From an uncultured Flavobacteriales bacterium (GTDB taxonomy: Bacteria; Bacteroidota; Bacteroidia; Flavobacteriales; Schleiferiaceae), in the NCBI GenBank assembly GCA_937929815.1, contig CALFUW010000034.1, positions 1 to 61,039 of the forward strand: a stretch of 61,039 bases of DNA. Reading direction: 5' to 3'. The notes beneath the pieces were generated by a model, which was given only the letters and a program-made list of their open reading frames with translations, had not been told where the DNA came from and searched no databases. Of the stretch, positions 46,966 to 57,103 are shown piece after piece. A program made the translations under genes and the position numbers. Position 1 is the first letter of the stretch; every line of letters begins with the position of its first letter.

Positions 46966-47982
46966 TTGAGAAAGCTTAAAAACTTTATCAGCAGGAATAC
47001 ATCTGCAGATTCAGTGGCATCATCAGTACTGAGGTCAGCTTCCTCTACATTGTTTTACTACCGGTACTTCAGGCATCAAATATTGGGTAATCCCTTTCGA
47101 AATTTCCTGGAGTTGTACATCGAGCCGGTGGGGTATTGCAACCTGCGCTGCCGCTGGTGTGCCCTGGATCATTCAAAGCCGAAAAAGCGCATGGATATTT
47201 CAATTTTTCAGAATATTGTGGATGAGATCCTGAAGGATAAACGTCTTCAATCAATTCGGTGGATTCATCTGCACAATGGAGGCGAGAGTACTTTACATCC
47301 ACAGTTGGAAGAGATGCTGAAGATCGTATCTCATGCTAAAATGAAAGCTTCCAAAGGCGGAATTAATTTCCCCAAGGTCAGTCTGCTGTCAAATGGTACT
47401 GTGTACAGACCATCCCTCGCAGATGCCATAAGGAACTACGGATCTCTCAATTTGCTAAGATTCAGCATGGACGGAGGCTCTCCAGAATCGTATGAATATA
47501 TTCGAAATCGAGCCCGTTGGGATGTATTTCGCGAAACGGTTTTAAAATATATTGAAGCTGTCCGGGCTTCGGAAATACCTCCACAGATTGAATTTATTTG
47601 CCTCATTCAGAACCATCTAAAACCAAAGGACCTAAAGCGCAATCCCGAATTTTCGAAGTTCTTGCGGCTTTCTGACGACTATGAGGTTCGCTATGCCCAC
47701 GATTGGGGTGGTCAGCTTCCCGGGACTTCAAAAGCGCTGCCCTACCCTCTTCCACTTCACCGGAGAGGTTGCCGGCTTTTGCTCAACAGTCTGGTACTAC
47801 TGGCAGATGGAAGTGTCACAGTGTGTTGCGCAGATTTAAATGGCAAGGGCTTTATCGGTACATATCCTGAAAACTCTCTTGCGGAATTATATTTAAATAT
47901 AAAACGTAGCCAGATGCTACACAAAATAGCCAGGGGTCGCAATGCAGATATATCACTGTGCAAATCTTGCGGGGGCTTTTAA
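46966..47982 (+). CDS. Radical SAM protein with SPASM/Twitch domain
   Basis: CNLRCRWC, GGESTLHP, SNGT, FSMDG, C-terminal GC...DGSVTVCCAD...CKSC. Confidence 0.9.
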   Translation: MRKLKNFISRNTSADSVASSVLRSASSTLFYYRYFRHQILGNPFRNFLELYIEPVGYCNLRCRWCALDHSKPKKRMDISIFQNIVDEILKDKRLQSIRWIHLHNGGESTLHPQLEEMLKIVSHAKMKASKGGINFPKVSLLSNGTVYRPSLADAIRNYGSLNLLRFSMDGGSPESYEYIRNRARWDVFRETVLKYIEAVRASEIPPQIEFICLIQNHLKPKDLKRNPEFSKFLRLSDDYEVRYAHDWGGQLPGTSKALPYPLPLHRRGCRLLLNSLVLLADGSVTVCCADLNGKGFIGTYPENSLAELYLNIKRSQMLHKIARGRNADISLCKSCGGF

Positions 47983-48026
47983 ACCCGTTTTCTTTCTGAA
48001 GATCGAACTTTTTCAGAAGCTAAAGA

Positions 48027-50126
48027 CTACATTTGCCTTCCACCAGCTTTTTTGAGCTGTTTTTTTACATATTCGTACAACTTAATCTGGGCGCGAATTT
48101 TCGGACCGGGATGCTTGCGGTATGCATTTTTAACTTCCCACCCATGCAGTCGGGCCTTACAGTTATCCTTCCAGAGGATATCCAGATGATCTTGTATCTC
48201 TTTTTGAATCCTGGGGTCATAAATCGGACAGGAAACCTCCACGCGGTATTCAATGTTGCGGGTCATCATATCAGCTGATGAGATGTAATACTTAGGTGCA
48301 CCTGCATTGGCAAATACCATCACCCTGCTGTGCTCAAGAAAACGGTCCACAATGCTTATAGCTTCAATATTCTCGCTTAATCCTTCCTTGCCAGGGATCA
48401 ATGAACAAATTCCTCTTACGATCAAACGTATTTTGACACCCGCTCCGGATGCCTGGTACAGCTTTTCGATAATTCCTGTGTCTGAAAGCGAATTGAGTTT
48501 CCAAAAAATATATGCTTGTTTGCCTTCCTGAGCATTCTTAATCTCATTATCTATCAGCTCGTTGATTTTAAGGCGTTGATAATGTGGGGATACAATAAGA
48601 TGTTGATATTGAAAAACTTTATAATTGGTCTTGAAAAATTCAAAAATTTTGACCACATCCCTTGTGATGCGGGTATCTGCTGTAAGAAGAATGTAGTCTG
48701 TATAGATACGAGCCGTACTTTCATTAAAATTTCCGGTACTTACGATTGCAAAATGCTCAGTCTTTTCCTGGCGAATCCTAGTAATATGCACTAATTTGGA
48801 ATGAACTTTAAGGCCGGTAACTCCAAAGATGACTTCTATGTCCTCGTTTTTAAGCTCTTCTGTCCATTTTATGTTGGCCTCCTCGTCAAACCGCGCCTGT
48901 AGTTCAATTACCACGACTACTTTCTTACCATTTCGTGCCGCATTTTTTATGGCAGATATCACCCTGGACTTTTCCGCAAGCCTATAAAGTGTGATTTGAA
49001 TCATAACCACATCGGGATCGATCGCTGCCTCGCGCAACATCCGAATCACATACGAAAAAGAGTGATACGGCTGAAAAAGCAATATATCCTTGCGAACTAC
49101 CACATCCATTATGCTTTTGTTGAGGTCAAGGTCCGGGTGATTGAGTGGTGGCAGCGGTTTATTAACGGATACAAATTCCTCTATTTCTGGAAATTTCATC
49201 AGATCCTTCTTATTGTGATAGCGCCCTCCAGATGCCAGGCTATCATAATTGTCAAGCTGCATCCTGCTCATCAGATAGGAAAGAAGATCTGATGGTATTT
49301 CTCTGTCATAAACGAAGCGCACAGGATCACCCGTTTTTCTGCTTTCCAGGCTTTGGCTCATCTTATCGATGAAACTTTTGGAAATATCATTTTCTATGTC
49401 TAACTCAGCATCACGGGTGATTTTGATGGTATATGCTTCGAATTTGTAGTTGTTGAAAATGAAAAATATGTAATTCAAATTGTACCTTATCAAATCATCG
49501 AGATACATAAAATAACGTTTGCCGTACTTTGGCAATTCAACAAATCGACCAATATATTCAGTAGGTAATTCGATTAACGCAAAGAAGTTCTTGCTTGTAT
49601 CTGATTGATTTTCTGCTTTAATGGCTAGATAAATGGATTTGTCTGTGAGTTGTGGAAGTGGTCTTTTAGGGTTTAGAATCAATGTAAAAACAGCCGGACT
49701 TACCTTGTCGATAAAAAACTGACGAACATATTCTTTTTGTCCTGAGGTCAGGTTTTTTTCGTCCAGAATTGAAATTCCTCTTTCATTTAGTTCTTTAATA
49801 AGGGCATCATAGATGGCCTCAGCTTCCTGCTGCTGCTCGTTGGCAATATGACTTATTGTCTGAAGAAGTTTGTCCGGGGGAAATCCACCTAACTCTCGAC
49901 TTGCTTTTTTGCCAAACATGCTCATCCGTTTAATTGTCGCATAACGCACCCTAAAGAATTCATCCAGATTGTTTGAAAAAATCCCGATAAATCTCAGCCG
50001 CTCTACCAGAGGTACGGTGGGGTCGGCAGCCTCCTGCAGTACACGGGCATTAAAGTCCAACCAACTCACATCTCTCGGTATATACCGATCTATCTGAAGC
50101 AGTTCTTTTTTCTTTTTTTTGTTCAT
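48027..50126 (-). CDS. ppk1: Polyphosphate kinase 1
   Basis: RDVSWLDFNARVLQEA, SNNLDEFFRVR, ELQARFDEEANI, KVHSKL, STGNFNE, DRFLEHSR, SSADMMTRN. Confidence 0.96.
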   Translation of the reverse strand: MNKKKKKELLQIDRYIPRDVSWLDFNARVLQEAADPTVPLVERLRFIGIFSNNLDEFFRVRYATIKRMSMFGKKASRELGGFPPDKLLQTISHIANEQQQEAEAIYDALIKELNERGISILDEKNLTSGQKEYVRQFFIDKVSPAVFTLILNPKRPLPQLTDKSIYLAIKAENQSDTSKNFFALIELPTEYIGRFVELPKYGKRYFMYLDDLIRYNLNYIFFIFNNYKFEAYTIKITRDAELDIENDISKSFIDKMSQSLESRKTGDPVRFVYDREIPSDLLSYLMSRMQLDNYDSLASGGRYHNKKDLMKFPEIEEFVSVNKPLPPLNHPDLDLNKSIMDVVVRKDILLFQPYHSFSYVIRMLREAAIDPDVVMIQITLYRLAEKSRVISAIKNAARNGKKVVVVIELQARFDEEANIKWTEELKNEDIEVIFGVTGLKVHSKLVHITRIRQEKTEHFAIVSTGNFNESTARIYTDYILLTADTRITRDVVKIFEFFKTNYKVFQYQHLIVSPHYQRLKINELIDNEIKNAQEGKQAYIFWKLNSLSDTGIIEKLYQASGAGVKIRLIVRGICSLIPGKEGLSENIEAISIVDRFLEHSRVMVFANAGAPKYYISSADMMTRNIEYRVEVSCPIYDPRIQKEIQDHLDILWKDNCKARLHGWEVKNAYRKHPGPKIRAQIKLYEYVKKQLKKAGGRQM

Positions 50127-50135
50127 TCGATTAGA

Positions 50136-50633
50136 TTAAGGTTTACGACGTTTTTTGGGATAGTCAAAAAACCTGAGATCAGCCTTAGTATCAATTGCTG
50201 CCCAGTCGTCGGTGCTATATACAAGACATGCAATTCCGGTAGTAGGTACATTGTCAATATGGTGGTTAATGGCGTGGTTTACAAAATCGGTAATTCCCGG
50301 ATTATGAGCGAATACCATAATTGTCTTATAAGTATTGTTTATGCGCTTGATTACATCTCTGATTTGCCAATATGGGGCATCATACAACTGATTCTCAATT
50401 TGAATTTTTGAAAACGGTATTCCAAATGATCTCGAGAAAATCATGGCCGTATGCAAGGCACGAGTTGCAGGACTACTAACGATCAAATCGGGCATTTCTC
50501 CATTCTCCCTAAGATATTTAGCTGATTCATATGCATCATTTACACCTCTGCCATTAAGTGGTCTGTCCAGATCCGGTATGTTGTCAAAATCCCAGCTCGA
50601 TTTCGCGTGGCGGATAAGATATAATGTTTTCAT
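50136..50633 (-). CDS. sixA: SixA-type phosphohistidine phosphatase
   Basis: RHAKSSW, DRPLNGRG, SSPATRA, AHNPG. Confidence 0.88.
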   Translation of the reverse strand: MKTLYLIRHAKSSWDFDNIPDLDRPLNGRGVNDAYESAKYLRENGEMPDLIVSSPATRALHTAMIFSRSFGIPFSKIQIENQLYDAPYWQIRDVIKRINNTYKTIMVFAHNPGITDFVNHAINHHIDNVPTTGIACLVYSTDDWAAIDTKADLRFFDYPKKRRKP

Positions 50634-50991
50634 GACGTATTTGTATTTGATAAACCTACACCTTAGGTTATTCTAAGCGACTCTGCAAAAGTCCATTGTA
50701 ACGTACTAATATTAATTTTTTTTCAATTAATTAAAGAAAATATAACACTAATTAAATCTGCTTTATTGCCAAAAAAATGATTCTATGCAAATGAATCCAT
50801 TACCCAAAGCAATTTTGATATGGTCAAGTTGTTTGTATACATGGTCTGAAATTATCAATCACATCACTGCTTATTTCATAGAAATCTAATACCTAGTAAC
50901 TAAGATTCTTTTGCTAAAAAATAAAAAAATGAGATAAACGTTTTAAACGGAAATAAATTTGGACAGTTTTTAGTTCTAAAATTTAAATCTA

Positions 50992-51429
50992 TTGAAAAAA
51001 GTATTAATTATATTTTTCTCTCTTGGTTTGGCAGCTGCCGTTGTTGGTATATATTTCTATTACAAACCGGTAAAAAACCTGGCAAACATCACGCCTGACA
51101 TTACAGTCCCAACATCTGATGAACTGGAAGCTATACTCACAGAAATACTTCAAAATCCGGATGAATATGTTGGAAAAATCATAGAATTTCAAGGTGTTGT
51201 AAATGAAATTAATATCTCGCAAACAGGCGGAGGCTATCTTTTGATGGAGGTTGAAAGCCCTAAGGTCATCATCAATGCCCAATTGGATCACAGGGTGAAT
51301 GAGTCCACTCTTCAATCCGGCGCTGTGTGTAGGGTACGGGCAGAATTTACAGGCATGGAAGAAGACCTTATTGACCCTGATTTTTACATTTTGTATTTTA
51401 AACAAACCGCACTAATAAATTTTAATTAA
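50992..51429 (+). CDS. Membrane-anchored OB-fold protein (tRNA_anti-like)
   Basis: N-terminal TM, YVGKIIEFQGVV, typical first gene of YceI/DUF5777 clusters. Confidence 0.7.
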   Translation: MKKVLIIFFSLGLAAAVVGIYFYYKPVKNLANITPDITVPTSDELEAILTEILQNPDEYVGKIIEFQGVVNEINISQTGGGYLLMEVESPKVIINAQLDHRVNESTLQSGAVCRVRAEFTGMEEDLIDPDFYILYFKQTALINFN

Positions 51430-51430
51430 T

Positions 51431-52006
51431 ATGACTCAGTTAGTTAGACATCACGCACTTTTATTGCTGTTTTTTATGGTATGCCTTACCATTGAAAGTC
51501 TAGGACAGAAATATCTAACTCGTAACGGATATGTCCACTTCAAGAGCAATGCAAAGGTCGATGATGATGTGGAGGCAGTAAACCGTTCCATGGCATGTGC
51601 ATTTGACTCGAAGACCGGAGAAATTGTTTTTAATGTACTGATAAAAAACTTTACATTCCGGAAAGCGCTTATGCAAGAACACTTCAACGAAAATTACATG
51701 GAAAGCGATAAATTCCCACGTGCCACATACAAGGGAATCATTGCCGATCACTCGAAAATCGATTTTTCAAAAAACGGTAAACACAAGGTTAAACTTATCG
51801 GTACTCTCACCATCCGCGATATTCCAAAATCCAGAGAAGACAGCGCAGAACTCGAAATTCGCGATGACATGATTATCATCACATCTATATTTGGGGTAGC
51901 TTGTGCTGATCACGACATTAAAATACCTAAATTGGTAGAAGACAAAATTGCAAAAGTCATAGATGTGGATTTTCAAGTCGAACTAAGGGAAGCACCTGGT
52001 AAATGA
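51431..52006 (+). CDS. YceI family (polyisoprenoid-binding) protein
   Basis: Signal peptide, LMQEHFNENYMESDKFPRATYKG, GTLTIR. Confidence 0.9.
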   Translation: MTQLVRHHALLLLFFMVCLTIESLGQKYLTRNGYVHFKSNAKVDDDVEAVNRSMACAFDSKTGEIVFNVLIKNFTFRKALMQEHFNENYMESDKFPRATYKGIIADHSKIDFSKNGKHKVKLIGTLTIRDIPKSREDSAELEIRDDMIIITSIFGVACADHDIKIPKLVEDKIAKVIDVDFQVELREAPGK

Positions 52007-52908
52007 GAGGATACATATCGGCTGGTCTTGCACTCATTGGATTGAGCCTGTCTGCACAAAGCGATTTATTTGACTTACTGGAAGAGACCGCACCAGAGAA
52101 GAAGGCAGAGAAAGAATATGTATTTGCCACATTTAAGGGCACAAAGGTCATCAACAACCAGAGTAATGAGATCCCTGCAAAAGGAGTCATGCAGTTCATG
52201 ATTTTGCACCGATTTGGTAGTTTTAACAATGACTTTTTTCACAACTTTTTTGGCCTTGACAATGCGCAAGTACGCATGAGCCTGGACTATTCGCCACTCT
52301 CCTGGCTCAATGTAGGATTAGGGCGGGCAAGCCTCTTTAAGATGTACGATGCCTGGTACAAAGCACCGGTCGTACGTCAGGTTAAAAACGGTTGGCCAGT
52401 TGGTATTACCTTGTATGGGAGTGTCAACTATATGGGGAGTCGCTGGCCAAATGACGGTCTTGAGCGATTGGTTACAGACAGGCTAATTTACATGAATCAA
52501 ATCCTCTTAACACACAAAGCTGGCGATAATCTTTCAGTACTTGTAGCTCCTGCAGCTGTGCACTATAATCTGCGTCAATCAAACCAGCAGCCCAATACAG
52601 TAGGTGCAATAACCATTGGTGGGCGTTACAAGCTCAACAAAAGAGTGACTTTAAACGCAGAATATACCCCCATGATTAACCGAAATCTAAGCTGGGATGG
52701 ATCTCAGTCCGCACCCTTCAACAATGCTCTCAGTGTAGGCCTCGACATTGAAACCGGGGGCCACGTCTTTCAGCTACACCTCACCAACAGCCGGGGGCTT
52801 TCTGATCCGGTATGGATGACTCAGACTACCGGTGATTGGCTCGATGGCGAAATTTACTTTGGATTTAATATATCGAGAGTTTTCACCCTTAAACCTCCAA
52901 AAATCTGA
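52003..52908 (+). CDS. DUF5777 family outer-membrane beta-barrel protein
   Basis: TFKGTKVIN, ILHRFG, FFGLD, GLDIETGGHVFQL, GFNISRVF. Confidence 0.85.
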   Translation: MRGYISAGLALIGLSLSAQSDLFDLLEETAPEKKAEKEYVFATFKGTKVINNQSNEIPAKGVMQFMILHRFGSFNNDFFHNFFGLDNAQVRMSLDYSPLSWLNVGLGRASLFKMYDAWYKAPVVRQVKNGWPVGITLYGSVNYMGSRWPNDGLERLVTDRLIYMNQILLTHKAGDNLSVLVAPAAVHYNLRQSNQQPNTVGAITIGGRYKLNKRVTLNAEYTPMINRNLSWDGSQSAPFNNALSVGLDIETGGHVFQLHLTNSRGLSDPVWMTQTTGDWLDGEIYFGFNISRVFTLKPPKI

Positions 52909-52913
52909 AAGTC

Positions 52914-53573
52914 ATGAAGCGTGCCCTTTCATTTGGAACTCTCCTTATCTTAGCTCTGACCGTACTCCAGTATTGCACCAGACGCAATGAAGAAGACCTT
53001 AAATCAATCTGTTTCGAATCAGAGATTCTGCCTGTCATACAGGCCAACTGTGCCAGTGCGGGATGTCATGACGCGATAACTGCTGCAGATGGTTATGACC
53101 TTACTACCTACAAAGGAATGATGCGCGCTGTAAAGCCGGGAAATGGAAGAAACTCAAAAATTGTGAAAGTAATGCTTGATGATGAGGATGATCGCATGCC
53201 TCCGCCTCCTGCAGCCCCAATGAGTCAGGATTTTATTAACCTGATGATTCGATGGATTGACAACGGAGCGGCCAATGTGACTGGCTGTGCAGATGCAAAC
53301 ACATGTGATACCTCAGAGGTTTCGTATGCCAAAGATATACAACCTGTTTTGCAAAGCTATTGTGTGTCTTGCCATACCGCGTCTGCACCTTCCGGCGGAG
53401 TTGTACTCAATACGTACCAGGGCGTTAAAACTGTGTCTGACAATGGGAAATTGGTTGGTTCTGTATTTCATCTTCCAGGATACTATGCAATGCCTCCCTC
53501 AGGAATCAAATTGCCGGACTGCGATCTTCAGAAAATCCGTACATGGGTAAATAATGGCGCACCAAATAATTAA
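52914..53573 (+). CDS. Diheme c-type cytochrome lipoprotein (two tandem domains)
   Basis: Lipoprotein-like signal LQYC, heme motifs CASAGCH (CX4CH) and CVSCH, each followed by MPP and W..NGA. Confidence 0.85.
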   Translation: MKRALSFGTLLILALTVLQYCTRRNEEDLKSICFESEILPVIQANCASAGCHDAITAADGYDLTTYKGMMRAVKPGNGRNSKIVKVMLDDEDDRMPPPPAAPMSQDFINLMIRWIDNGAANVTGCADANTCDTSEVSYAKDIQPVLQSYCVSCHTASAPSGGVVLNTYQGVKTVSDNGKLVGSVFHLPGYYAMPPSGIKLPDCDLQKIRTWVNNGAPNN

Positions 53574-53576
53574 CAA

Positions 53577-53617
53577 ATTTCCTGTAGAAGGTTCTATACT
53601 TTAGGAAATGTTTTTTC
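53577..53617 (+). terminator. Possible terminator after the cytochrome gene
   Basis: Imperfect stem ATTTCCT...AGGAAAT with inner TAGAA/TTCTA, followed by a T-tract. Confidence 0.4.
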
Positions 53618-53665
53618 TGTACTTCATGGGGTTTTTATGTTTCTTTGCCTCCGTTCGAAGGTACT

Positions 53666-54559
53666 ATGATTTCCTCCTGGATTGCAGCAGCACGGTTACG
53701 AACCTTGCCCCTATCGGTAAGCGGTATCTTATTGGGCACGCTGATAGCCCGAGTCGAAACAAAAATTGATTGGTCTATATTTTGGCTTTCGCTACTCACG
53801 GCCATCTTGTTTCAAGTGCTAAGCAATTTTGCCAATGATCTAGGAGATGCATTGTCAGGCGCTGACAACAATCGTAAAGGTGAGGCCCGCATGGTCGCCT
53901 CAGGATTGATCTCTCCTCGTGATATGAAATTATCAATTTTGGTTACCGGATTTCTTTCTCTTCTATCGGGTGGTCTTCTGCTCCACATAGCCCTTCGCGA
54001 AGTTTCGATCTGGATTTATGGTTTTTTTTTGTTGCTAACAGTTTCGAGTGTGTGGGCTGCGGTAAGTTACACATATGGTGCTTTTGCATACGGATACAGA
54101 CGGCTAGGAGAAGTATTTGTCATTCTTTTTTTTGGCCTGGTAGCAGTGTGCGGGAGCTATTTTTTACAGACCAATTATTGGAACAGTTGTGTACTTATAC
54201 CGGGATTCTCAGCAGGCATGCTTGCATCAGCTGTGCTCAACCTTAACAATATGCGCGATCTCCACACAGATTTCGCCAGCGGAAAGCGAACAGTAGCCAA
54301 CCTTCTTGGCTTCAAATACTCAAAATACTACCACATAATACTCGTGACAGTTCCTATGATTCTCACAGGTATATTTATTAAATCCTGCAGTTACAGCCCT
54401 TATTCCTATCTGTACCTTCTGATATTGCCTGCTCTGGTCGCTCACTGTGTTAAAGTATTTAGAACGACCCAATGCGAAACATATGATTCAGAACTAAAGA
54501 AGATGGCGTTGCTGACCCTTATCTATGTTCTGAAATTGAGTTTTGGTATAAATATATAA
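53666..54559 (+). CDS. menA: 1,4-dihydroxy-2-naphthoate polyprenyltransferase
   Basis: AARLRTLPLS, SNFANDLGD, GEVFVILFFG, NLNNMRD...GKRTVA. Confidence 0.93.
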   Translation: MISSWIAAARLRTLPLSVSGILLGTLIARVETKIDWSIFWLSLLTAILFQVLSNFANDLGDALSGADNNRKGEARMVASGLISPRDMKLSILVTGFLSLLSGGLLLHIALREVSIWIYGFFLLLTVSSVWAAVSYTYGAFAYGYRRLGEVFVILFFGLVAVCGSYFLQTNYWNSCVLIPGFSAGMLASAVLNLNNMRDLHTDFASGKRTVANLLGFKYSKYYHIILVTVPMILTGIFIKSCSYSPYSYLYLLILPALVAHCVKVFRTTQCETYDSELKKMALLTLIYVLKLSFGINI

Positions 54560-54570
54560 GTCCAACCGAT

Positions 54571-55617
54571 ATGAAAACTTTAAAAATCATCCCTCACACG
54601 CTCATTTTCAAATTCGACGCCCGAACCAGCCGAGGCACAATGACCGATCGCCAGGTCTGGTATTTTGTCCTTGAAGAAGAAGGGTTCTACGGGATTGGGG
54701 AGGCTGCCCCTGTGCCTGGCTTAAGCAAAGATGATATAGCAAATTGGGATGCCAAACTCCAGTGGCTGACAGACCATATAAACGATGAGGAAAAGAAAAT
54801 AAAATCTGCACTTAAAGACTTTCCGGCACTCTATTTCGGATATGAGATGGCCATGAGAAGCATTGATTGCGACCATCCAATGATGTTGTACCCCTCAGTT
54901 TACACGACCGGCAGAGCCGGTATCCCTATCAATGGACTTATATGGATGAATGAAGCTGATCACATGCAGGCACAGATCGATCACCTCATCGATGAAGGTT
55001 TTACAATATTGAAAATGAAAGTTGGCGGGATTGATTGGGCTGAAGAAGTCAGATTGATTAAAGAACTTCGCAAAAAATATGACTCCACAGAAATACAGCT
55101 CCGACTCGATGCAAATGGTGCATGGACACCCAAGGAAGCTATTGAAAAACTCAATCGCTTGAGTGAGCTGGAAATTCACTCCATAGAACAACCCATTAAA
55201 CCCGGTCAATGGGAGCAAATGGCAAGACTCTGCGCCGAGAGCCCGATTCCTGTCGCATTAGATGAGGAATTGATCGGAATCACTGAACTGAAAAAGAAAA
55301 AAGAACTTATCAACAGCATCACCCCTGACTATCTCATTATAAAACCCACCTTGTTAGGTGGGTTTAAGGCATCAGAAGAGTGGATAAAACTGGCAAAAGA
55401 AAATGGAATTGACTGGTGGGTAACAAGCGCACTGGAAAGCAACGTAGGACTCAATGCCATCAGTCAATGGGTAGTTACTCAATTTCCGAATATGCCACAA
55501 GGCCTGGGTACAGGTGGATTGTTTGAAAACAACATTCCCTCGCCCTTGCAGGTCAGAAAAGGAAAATTGCTCATTGATCCCACATTGACCTGGGATTTAT
55601 CTATTTTTAATCTTTAA
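54571..55617 (+). CDS. menC: o-succinylbenzoate synthase
   Basis: GEAAP, KMKVG, LRLDANG, SIEQP, ALDEEL, IIKPTLLGG, TSALESNVGL, GLGTG. Confidence 0.92.
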   Translation: MKTLKIIPHTLIFKFDARTSRGTMTDRQVWYFVLEEEGFYGIGEAAPVPGLSKDDIANWDAKLQWLTDHINDEEKKIKSALKDFPALYFGYEMAMRSIDCDHPMMLYPSVYTTGRAGIPINGLIWMNEADHMQAQIDHLIDEGFTILKMKVGGIDWAEEVRLIKELRKKYDSTEIQLRLDANGAWTPKEAIEKLNRLSELEIHSIEQPIKPGQWEQMARLCAESPIPVALDEELIGITELKKKKELINSITPDYLIIKPTLLGGFKASEEWIKLAKENGIDWWVTSALESNVGLNAISQWVVTQFPNMPQGLGTGGLFENNIPSPLQVRKGKLLIDPTLTWDLSIFNL

Positions 55618-55635
55618 TTTTTGAATTAATTCTAC

Positions 55636-56955
55636 ATGAAAAAAACAATCTTCTCTCTGCTCGGCATCCTCTTTGGATTTCTGACCGTAGCCCAGCCTCG
55701 GAATATCCTTGTAAATGTAGATTATCAAAGCAAATTAGGTACTTGCGAACCTTCCATTGCCATCAGCAGAAAAGACCCCTCAAAGATGGTAATCGGCACA
55801 GTGCTTGACGGCATTTTTTACAGCAGCGACGGCGGCAAAACCTGGAAAGGACGTCAGCATAAGTCGCTATACGGTGTATGGGGAGATCCGGTTGTAATAG
55901 CTGACTACAGAGGAGACTTTCACTATTTACACCTATCCGATCCTACGGGTATGAACTGGAAAAGTGATGAAATTCTGGACAGAATTGTAGCCCAATCCTC
56001 TTCTGATAACGGAAAAACATGGACTGCCGGCTCCTTTCTTGGATTTAACCCTCCGAAGAAACAAGACAAACCATGGGCGGTCGTGCATCCCACCACTCAC
56101 ACCCTACATGTATCATGGACTCAGTTTGACCGATACAATAGTCCGGATACTAATGATAATAGTTATATAATGTATTCGAAATCAGTGGACGGTGCCAATC
56201 ACTGGTTCCCAGCCATACAGATTTCAACCATTCCGGGCAATTGTAAGGACAGCAATGCGACCGCAGAGGGGGCTATACCGGCTGTGACGTCCGACAGTTC
56301 TGTATTTGTAGTCTGGAGTCGAAACGACAGCCTCTGGATCAATTTTTCACACGATAATGGTAAAACCTGGCTCGACCGCGAAAAATTTGTTTTTCCGCAT
56401 CGGGGTGGATGGAGCATGAGGGTACCGGGATTAAAACGAGCCAATGGAATGCCTTATCTGATGGCTGATGTCTCCAAAAGTGTTCATAGAAATAATCTCT
56501 ACCTCACATGGATAGACTGGGATCCGAAGAGCAATGAATACTATGTAATGTTTTCAAGAAGTGAAAACAAAAACGGAGAATGGAGCCCCCCTGTAACGAT
56601 CAGCACAGGAGCTAAAAACCTCGCGCGCTTTGCAGTAACCGGCTGCGTAGATCAATCCAGCGGTATTCTGTACATCTTGTACTATGAACAAATAAAAACT
56701 GACAAACCCGAATACCGTGTCGTACTCCAATGGAGCAATAACGCCGGACGAAGCTGGAATCAACAAATAATCAATAAAACGCCTGTTAGAGTTTCTGATA
56801 AAGTGTTTTTTGGAGATTATAATCATATAGATGCATGGAAAGGACAAATTCGACCAGTGTGGACTACTTTTGACGGAGTGACCACCAATGTTTACACAGC
56901 TCTTATTACACAATACAATCTGGATTTAGACCGATATCTTTTTTTTGTTTATTGA
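55636..56955 (+). CDS. Sialidase-like BNR/Asp-box beta-propeller protein
   Basis: Asp boxes SSDGGKTW, SSDNGKTW, SVDGANHW, SHDNGKTW, SNNAGRSW; GDP, DKPW, FFGDYN. Confidence 0.82.
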   Translation: MKKTIFSLLGILFGFLTVAQPRNILVNVDYQSKLGTCEPSIAISRKDPSKMVIGTVLDGIFYSSDGGKTWKGRQHKSLYGVWGDPVVIADYRGDFHYLHLSDPTGMNWKSDEILDRIVAQSSSDNGKTWTAGSFLGFNPPKKQDKPWAVVHPTTHTLHVSWTQFDRYNSPDTNDNSYIMYSKSVDGANHWFPAIQISTIPGNCKDSNATAEGAIPAVTSDSSVFVVWSRNDSLWINFSHDNGKTWLDREKFVFPHRGGWSMRVPGLKRANGMPYLMADVSKSVHRNNLYLTWIDWDPKSNEYYVMFSRSENKNGEWSPPVTISTGAKNLARFAVTGCVDQSSGILYILYYEQIKTDKPEYRVVLQWSNNAGRSWNQQIINKTPVRVSDKVFFGDYNHIDAWKGQIRPVWTTFDGVTTNVYTALITQYNLDLDRYLFFVY

Positions 56956-57072
56956 AGAACAGAAATCACCGCATACTTCAACATGAAATAGCCTCATGCT
57001 ATAAATCGAAAAAAAAATTCACAAAAAACGTTAAATACAATTTTTGTCATGTTTTTCTATTTTTAATGATTC

Positions 57073-57103
57073 TATTTTTGCAGTTTAAAATAAGTCTAAA
57101 TAA
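57073..57103 (+). promoter_or_regulatory. feoAB promoter (-7 element) followed by an imperfect palindrome, candidate iron-repressor box
   Basis: TATTTTTG at 57073-57080, then TTTAAAATAAGTCTAAA (TTTAxA-n5-TCTAAA) immediately before the feoA ATG. Confidence 0.55.

Noticed and set aside
50815-50827. TTGATATGGTCAA, FNR-like box upstream of the YceI/cytochrome operon
   Set aside because: The spacer is one base shorter than TTGAT-N4-ATCAA and the background is AT-rich, so it is not supportable.
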